NCBI GenBank assembly: GCA_000998275.1
Contig: LCDA01000004.1
Location: 4,360-68,359, forward strand
Length of the DNA: 64,000 bases
Reading direction: 5' to 3'
DNA from: Candidatus Collierbacteria bacterium GW2011_GWA2_42_17
Lineage (GTDB): Bacteria; Patescibacteriota; Microgenomatia; UBA1400; MFAQ01
Position numbers and translations under genes: made by a program. Numbering within the stretch: the first letter of the stretch is position 1; every line of letters begins with the position of its first letter. The notes beneath the pieces were generated by a model. It was not told where the DNA came from and did no database searches. It saw only the letters and a list, made by a program, of their open reading frames with translations. Positions 58,909 through 64,000 of the stretch are shown here, one piece after another.

Positions 58909-59265
58909 TTATTCAAATACTTTTAATAATCCCCGAAATGCCAGTGTAGCACACTTCATTCTACCGGGCATTATCTCTCCACCCAGCATCGAAACCACAC
59001 CCTCTTCTCCAAACTTTTCCAGATCTGTTTTACTCATGTCCACTACTTTCTCGGAAAGCATCGAGGCTCCTGCTGTTGAGATCGCGCACCCTATCCCTTG
59101 CCATTTCATATCTACAATCTTTCCCTTCGCGAGTTTCACATATATTTTAATCAAGTCTCCACAAGAAGCGTTTGCTTCATCCACTATTTTATCGGCTCCC
59201 GCTAACTCTCCCATATTTCTCGGGTTCTTATAGTGATCAATAATTATTTCTCGATACTCTGACAT
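58909..59265 (-). CDS. sufU: SUF Fe-S scaffold SufU/IscU-like
   Basis: NPRNMGEL...NASCGDLIKIY...GCAISTAGASM. Confidence 0.8.
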   Translation of the reverse strand: MSEYREIIIDHYKNPRNMGELAGADKIVDEANASCGDLIKIYVKLAKGKIVDMKWQGIGCAISTAGASMLSEKVVDMSKTDLEKFGEEGVVSMLGGEIMPGRMKCATLAFRGLLKVFE

Positions 59266-60546
59266 TTATGCAAATACTTTTGGCACTTCTCTAATTTTGT
59301 CAATCATGTAATCAATTTCTTCTTTGGTGTTATAAAGATAGAAGGTTGCTCTTACCATCGCCGTCACTCCAAAGCTAGTCACTAGAGGAGCGGCACAATG
59401 TTGTCCCGAACGCACCGCAATACCAAAACTATCTAATATCTGAGCCGTGTCATGAGCATGCACTCCCACAACATTAAAGGGAATCGCTCCTCCGCGAGTT
59501 TCTGCCTCTGGTCCATAAAGTATCACCAACCCCTCTTTCTCCAGACCCCTCATCTTTTCCAAAGCATATTTCAAGATTTCTTTTTCATGACTATGAATAT
59601 TTTCCATTCCAACGGATTTCAAATACTTCACTGCCGCACCCAGTCCTACAATTCCGGCAATATCCGGCGTCCCGGCTTCAAACTTAGCCGGTAATTCAGC
59701 CCAGGTAGCCCCTGTTAGTTTTACTTCCCCAATCATGTCTCCACCAAAAAGAAACGGTTTCATTCCACTTAAAATCTCCTTCTTCCCCCAAAGCACCCCT
59801 ACCCCTGTCGGGCCAAGCATCTTGTGTCCGGAAAAAACCAAGAAATCTATTCCCAACTTCGAAACATCTACTTTCATGTGTGGCACCATTTGTGCTCCAT
59901 CAACTAAAATCAACACTGCTGGCAACTTTCTCTTCACCATTTTCACAATTTCCTCAACTGGTGTTTCCGTTCCCAAAACATTCGACTGTCCGGTAAACGC
60001 CACCAGTTTAACTTTTTTGTCCAACAGATTACTCCATCCGCCGATAACTACTTTAAGTCCATTTTCCTCCACCGTTTCTATTTTCTTAGTTTTTTCCAAC
60101 TGCCCCTTTTCGTTTACGTCCACTACCCGAAGCTGCGCACCTTTTTTTCTGCACAGTTCCTGCCAAGGAATCATATTTGAGTGATGCTCCAGCTTGGTGA
60201 TGACCACCGCATCACCTTCATGGACATTTTCTTCTCCCCAACTGTAGGCCACCAAATTAATACTTTCTGTCGCATTTCTGGTAAAAATTATTTCTTCTGA
60301 TCTTGCCCCAATAAACTCCGCCACGTTGGTCCTCGTCTCATCAACCAATCGCGTCGACTCGACAGACATTTCATACACTCCCCTGTGAATATTGGCATTT
60401 GTCTCACGATAATATTTATTTATGGCTTCAATTACCGCTTCTGGTTTCTGGCTGGTTGCCCCCGAATCAAAATAGACCAAATTATGGCCATGGACTTTTC
60501 GCTTTAAGATAGGAAAGTCTTCTCTGATTTTGTTTACGTCAAACAT
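59266..60546 (-). CDS. sufS: cysteine desulfurase SufS
   Basis: Class V aminotransferase with PLP-Lys (SGHKMLGPTG) and catalytic Cys (RSGQHCAAP). Confidence 0.9.
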   Translation of the reverse strand: MFDVNKIREDFPILKRKVHGHNLVYFDSGATSQKPEAVIEAINKYYRETNANIHRGVYEMSVESTRLVDETRTNVAEFIGARSEEIIFTRNATESINLVAYSWGEENVHEGDAVVITKLEHHSNMIPWQELCRKKGAQLRVVDVNEKGQLEKTKKIETVEENGLKVVIGGWSNLLDKKVKLVAFTGQSNVLGTETPVEEIVKMVKRKLPAVLILVDGAQMVPHMKVDVSKLGIDFLVFSGHKMLGPTGVGVLWGKKEILSGMKPFLFGGDMIGEVKLTGATWAELPAKFEAGTPDIAGIVGLGAAVKYLKSVGMENIHSHEKEILKYALEKMRGLEKEGLVILYGPEAETRGGAIPFNVVGVHAHDTAQILDSFGIAVRSGQHCAAPLVTSFGVTAMVRATFYLYNTKEEIDYMIDKIREVPKVFA

Positions 60547-60554
60547 ACTTTATT

Positions 60555-61019
60555 TTAATCGAAATTAATAAAACCATTAACAATAATATTTTTAGCCTTT
60601 GTCTCTTCAATTCCTCTGGATCTTAAGTAAAACAGCTGCTCGTCATCAATCTTACCCACACTTGCCGAGTGACTGGCTTTTACCCTGTTGGCCTCAATCT
60701 CCAGTTCCGGCTCTGCGGTCGCACCGGACTTTTTATCCAAAAGCAATATTTTCATTGCCAAAAAACTGTCTGTATTTTGTGCCTGTTTCTCTATTTTTAC
60801 CAGTCCCTTAACTGCTATCCTTGCCCCATTTTCCGCCACCCCCTTTATTACTACTCTTCCAAAAGTATTCGGAGCTATATGGGAAATCACCAGATTTAAT
60901 TCATACTCCCCGGACTCCCTGGCATCGATTATCCCCAACCACTCCAAATTTTCCCCCTCTTTATTTAAAGAAAGTTTTATTTCGTGTTTTCCTGGTTTGG
61001 TAATCCTTAAGTTTTCCAT
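60555..61019 (-). CDS. sufD: short SufD-like (SufBD family) protein
   Basis: 154-aa beta-helix core with a conserved C-terminus, positioned between sufB and sufS. Confidence 0.6.
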   Translation of the reverse strand: MENLRITKPGKHEIKLSLNKEGENLEWLGIIDARESGEYELNLVISHIAPNTFGRVVIKGVAENGARIAVKGLVKIEKQAQNTDSFLAMKILLLDKKSGATAEPELEIEANRVKASHSASVGKIDDEQLFYLRSRGIEETKAKNIIVNGFINFD

Positions 61020-61024
61020 TTATT

Positions 61025-62452
61025 TTAACCAACACTCCCTTCCATTTCTAAACCTACTAATCTATTCATTTCCACGGCATACTCCATCGGCACCTCCTTC
61101 ATCACCGGTTCCAAAAAGCCGTTCACTACCATTGCTTCCGCTTCATGTTCCGGTAAACCTCTGCTCATTAAATACAACAGTTGTTCTTCACTTACTCGAC
61201 TGACAACAGCCTCGTGCTCCAAAATCACATCTTCTTCAAATATTTTGTTTGTCGGATACGTATCGCTTCTGCTTTTTTCATCAAGAATCAAGGCATCGCA
61301 TACCACCTTAGACCGTGATCCATAAGCCCCTTTATTTATCCGCACCATTCCTCGATAGGTTGCTCTTCCTCCATTCTTACTGATTGATTTACTGATTATT
61401 TGTGAGGTCGTGTTCGGAGCCAGATGAATCATCTTTGCTCCAGTATCTTGATGCTGGCCTTTTCCAGCCCAAGCAATCGAGAGCATCTCGGCTTTAGCCC
61501 CTTCTCCAGCCAAAACACAGGATGGATACTTCATCGTCAAAGCCGAACCAAGATTTCCGTCTACCCATCTCATCTCTCCTTTTTCTTCCACCCAGGCTCT
61601 TTTGGTCACCAGGTTATAAATATTTTTGTACCAGTTTTGTACCGTGGTGTACTGCACTCTTGCCTTTTTCTTCACAACTACTTCCACCACGGCAGCGTGT
61701 AGTGATGCCGATGAAAACGAAGGCGCCGAACAACCCTCAATATAGTGCACATTTGCACCCTCTTCGGCAATAATTAAAGTTCTTTCAAACTGTCCCGCAC
61801 TCTCACTGTTAATTCTAAAATACGCCTGCAGGGGCAGACCTACATCTACACCTTCGGGAACATAAACAAATGATCCTCCACTCCAAACCGCCGTATTTAA
61901 AGCTGCCAGCTTGTTGTCTCCCATTGGTACGACTGTGCCAAAGTATTTTTTCACAATTTCCGGATAAAGTTTCAATGCTTCATCCATTGACAAAAAAAGT
62001 ACTCCCTTTGCGGAAAGGGTTTTTTTCAAAGATCCATAAACCACTTCCGAATCATACTGTCCCTTTACTCCGGCCAACATCTCTCGTTCAGCTTGAGGTA
62101 CTCCGATTTTTTCAAAAGTTTCCTTTACCGAAGCTGGTACATCTTTCCAAGATTTTTTTTCGGTTACCGCTGGTTTCAAATAATAATAAATATCTTCAAA
62201 ATGAATTGGTGACATATCTCCACCCCAAGTAGGAATCGGTTTAGATAAATACACCTTGTAAGCCGCCAGTCTATTCTGAAGCATCCATTCCGGCTCTTCC
62301 TTCATTGCTGAAATCTCCCGGATTAATTTTTCGTCCAGTCCTCTCTCCCCTTTATATGAATAGGCAATATCGTCTGCCTTTCCCAATTTATATGACTCAT
62401 CAAACTCCTCAACTATTACTTCTGGTTTAAACTCCTTCTTGGCGTAACGCAT
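61025..62452 (-). CDS. sufB: Fe-S cluster assembly protein SufB
   Basis: 475 aa, conserved SufB C-terminal beta-helix and ...[11 protein letters not shown]. Confidence 0.9.
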   Translation of the reverse strand: MRYAKKEFKPEVIVEEFDESYKLGKADDIAYSYKGERGLDEKLIREISAMKEEPEWMLQNRLAAYKVYLSKPIPTWGGDMSPIHFEDIYYYLKPAVTEKKSWKDVPASVKETFEKIGVPQAEREMLAGVKGQYDSEVVYGSLKKTLSAKGVLFLSMDEALKLYPEIVKKYFGTVVPMGDNKLAALNTAVWSGGSFVYVPEGVDVGLPLQAYFRINSESAGQFERTLIIAEEGANVHYIEGCSAPSFSSASLHAAVVEVVVKKKARVQYTTVQNWYKNIYNLVTKRAWVEEKGEMRWVDGNLGSALTMKYPSCVLAGEGAKAEMLSIAWAGKGQHQDTGAKMIHLAPNTTSQIISKSISKNGGRATYRGMVRINKGAYGSRSKVVCDALILDEKSRSDTYPTNKIFEEDVILEHEAVVSRVSEEQLLYLMSRGLPEHEAEAMVVNGFLEPVMKEVPMEYAVEMNRLVGLEMEGSVG

Positions 62453-62456
62453 TTTA

Positions 62457-63179
62457 TTATCGATACCCTGATTTTTCTAATCGATCGACTATCTCTTTTC
62501 CTCCCTGTTCCACAATAACTCCATCTTTCATTACCGCCACGACATCGGGAGTTAAATAATTCAAAATTCTCTGGTAGTGAGTAATCACCAAAACGCTCAT
62601 TTTTTGTTCCTTAACCATCTCTGCTACATTCTGGGCAATTGTCGCCAAAGCATCGATATCCAAACCACTGTCAATTTCATCCATTATTAATAATTTAGGC
62701 TTTAACACCCTCATCTGAAGAATCTCCATTTTCTTTTTCTCTCCGCCACTAAATCCTTCGTTTAAACCACGACTCAATAGTTCGGTGCTCAAGTGTAGCT
62801 TTTCTGCCTCTATTTCTACTGTTTTTTTAAGATCCAGTGCCGACACTATTACCTCTTTATTTCTTGTACGCAACGCAGAAAGAAGCATCTCTCGCACTGT
62901 CACCCCAGGAATGGCCGCAGGATACTGAAAGGCCAAATAAATTCCCTTATTAGCCCGTTCATCGGGAGTAAGATTAGAAAGATCCTTACCTTCAAAGGCA
63001 ATTTTCCCCTCTATTACTTCATATTTTGGGTTTCCGATGATTGCTGAAGCCAAGCTCGACTTTCCCGATCCATTGGGACCCATTAGAGCCACCACTTCTC
63101 CTTGTTTTATAGATAAATCAACCCCCTTGAGAATTTCTTTTTCTTCGACTCTTACTTTAAGATTTTTTACTTTCAACAT
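62457..63179 (-). CDS. sufC: Fe-S cluster assembly ATPase SufC
   Basis: [10 protein letters not shown] Walker A, LSGGEKKK signature, [10 protein letters not shown] Walker B. Confidence 0.9.
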   Translation of the reverse strand: MLKVKNLKVRVEEKEILKGVDLSIKQGEVVALMGPNGSGKSSLASAIIGNPKYEVIEGKIAFEGKDLSNLTPDERANKGIYLAFQYPAAIPGVTVREMLLSALRTRNKEVIVSALDLKKTVEIEAEKLHLSTELLSRGLNEGFSGGEKKKMEILQMRVLKPKLLIMDEIDSGLDIDALATIAQNVAEMVKEQKMSVLVITHYQRILNYLTPDVVAVMKDGVIVEQGGKEIVDRLEKSGYR

Positions 63180-63180
63180 T

Positions 63181-63567
63181 TTATTTAGCTAAATCTTCTA
63201 AAGTATATTTTTCCAGTAATCTATTGATATCCTCAGTCAGCTTGTCCATAAAACTTACCTGGCCGCAACTATCCTCTACCGGACAACCACCGCACGTCAC
63301 CGGCTCAACTTCTCCTTCAATTGCTTCCAGGGCTTCGCGTACTTGGATTTCTTTTGGTTCATAGTTTAGTCCATATCCACCACCCTTACCTTCTCTGCTA
63401 TTAAGAATCCCATTCTCAACCAAAGAAGCGGCAATCTTACTCATAAACGCTCTGGGCATACCCATCTCGGCCAACTCCTTTAAATTGACGCGTCCTTTTC
63501 GGCCTCGTGAAGCCAAAACAGAAAGCATTGATAGGCCATAATCGGCCTTTTTAGTAAGAGTAAACAT
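63181..63567 (-). CDS. Rrf2-family transcriptional regulator (SufR/IscR-like) with C-terminal Cys cluster
   Basis: N-terminal wHTH KADYGLSMLSVLA...; C-terminal C-x2-C-x5-C (TCGGCPVEDSC) Fe-S ligand candidates. Confidence 0.8.
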   Translation of the reverse strand: MFTLTKKADYGLSMLSVLASRGRKGRVNLKELAEMGMPRAFMSKIAASLVENGILNSREGKGGGYGLNYEPKEIQVREALEAIEGEVEPVTCGGCPVEDSCGQVSFMDKLTEDINRLLEKYTLEDLAK

Positions 63568-63594
63568 ATACTTGGACTATTATACTCCAAGTAT
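63568..63594 (-). promoter_or_regulatory. palindromic operator overlapping the -10 of the Rrf2-suf promoter
   Basis: The minus strand reads ATACTTGGAG-TATAAT-AGTCCAAGTAT: a 9-bp perfect inverted repeat arms a TATAAT hexamer that directly abuts the Rrf2 ATG. Confidence 0.45.
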
Positions 63595-63610
63595 CAAAAC
63601 ATTCAACCTT

Positions 63611-63916
63611 TTATTCCTTTATCCAGGCAGTATAAACAACTTCCCCCAATTCTTCATCCGGGTCACCCTTTGTCAGTGCCAACAACTCATCTTGAAAAAC
63701 TTCTTCCCTGTTTTCCAGCTCTTTTTTATCAAAGGCTAACATCTCTAAGTTGTTGATATCATCAGACACTTCCTTTCTTTTTAGGTAATTCAAAATTGCT
63801 TCCATCAATTCAATTTTTGTATCTTTTTCCGCACCTTCACTCCCCATTAATCCGAATAACTCTCTAATATTTGCTATTTCTTTGGCACCCTTATTCTCAA
63901 ATTCTCCATTTTCCAT
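63611..63916 (-). CDS. hypothetical acidic protein
   Basis: 101 aa, no motif. Confidence 0.3.
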   Translation of the reverse strand: MENGEFENKGAKEIANIRELFGLMGSEGAEKDTKIELMEAILNYLKRKEVSDDINNLEMLAFDKKELENREEVFQDELLALTKGDPDEELGEVVYTAWIKE

Positions 63917-64000
63917 ATGGTTATTATACCTCTAATCATTGTATTATTTCTTTGACACCGCGCCCTCGATCTGCTCCCAGTCACGTACTTTACGGATTTT

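Noticed and set aside
1-64000. Alternative genetic code (UGA=Gly, code 25) or stop-codon reassignment, as occurs in some CPR lineages.
   Set aside because: Housekeeping ORFs are full-length under the standard code, and TGA, TAA and TAG all terminate genes at the expected lengths.
1-64000. CRISPR arrays, rRNA genes, IS elements or transposases.
   Set aside because: No regularly spaced direct repeats. No rRNA-like conserved blocks. No transposase-like ORFs (DDE, IS200/605 TnpB). The only recombinase is a Xer-type tyrosine recombinase.

Overview
This is a 64 kb window of low-GC, gene-dense bacterial DNA, about 85% coding, with most genes on the minus strand and many overlapping start/stop codons. 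The standard genetic code applies: full-length housekeeping ORFs end in TAA/TAG/TGA and show no UGA recoding. The gene content resembles a CPR/Patescibacteria-type reduced genome, although that assignment is inference. Supporting genes are an ATP-dependent DNA ligase, a split transketolase, an archaeal-type class I aldolase, a B12-dependent class II RNR with a corrinoid adenosyltransferase, a type IV pilin, two class A PBPs, and many small hypothetical membrane proteins.

Main content:
- Eight aminoacyl-tRNA synthetase genes lie within the first 33 kb: a partial Asp/AsnRS-like gene plus glyQS, hisS, tyrS, thrS, lysS, argS and trpS.
- trxB-trxA and a CsoR-family repressor follow argS.
- recF, mutM, a 5'-3' exonuclease and ftsH sit in one minus-strand run.
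- An nrdR-nrdJ-cobO block carries an NrdR-box-like site.
- A pentose-phosphate/glycolysis block (tktAB, rpe, rpiB, class I FBA, PfkB kinase) follows the PBP region.
- A complete SUF Fe-S operon under an Rrf2 regulator is extended by DsbA-like, CcdA, FNR-like reductase, ferredoxin and DUF59 genes.

Items worth a second look:
- A plus-strand group I intron-like ribozyme (about 33492-33753) carries recognisable P, Q, R, S core elements that closely resemble the Azoarcus tRNA-Ile(CAU) intron. It has no identifiable host exons. It lies next to a minus-strand LAGLIDADG-like ORF and a minus-strand tRNA(CAU).
- Two VapBC-type toxin-antitoxin modules flank a 637-aa HExxH protein. The TA promoters share a TTGACA-N17-(-10) architecture with operator palindromes and near-leaderless starts.
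- A VirD4/TraD-like coupling-ATPase gene with two small unknown ORFs sits beside a Xer-like tyrosine recombinase.
- A Fic-fold protein has a degenerate catalytic motif.
- The Rrf2 gene has a palindromic operator overlapping its -10.
- A CIRCE-like inverted repeat lies in the hsp20 promoter.
- A 5x15-bp tandem repeat sits inside a PBP gene.
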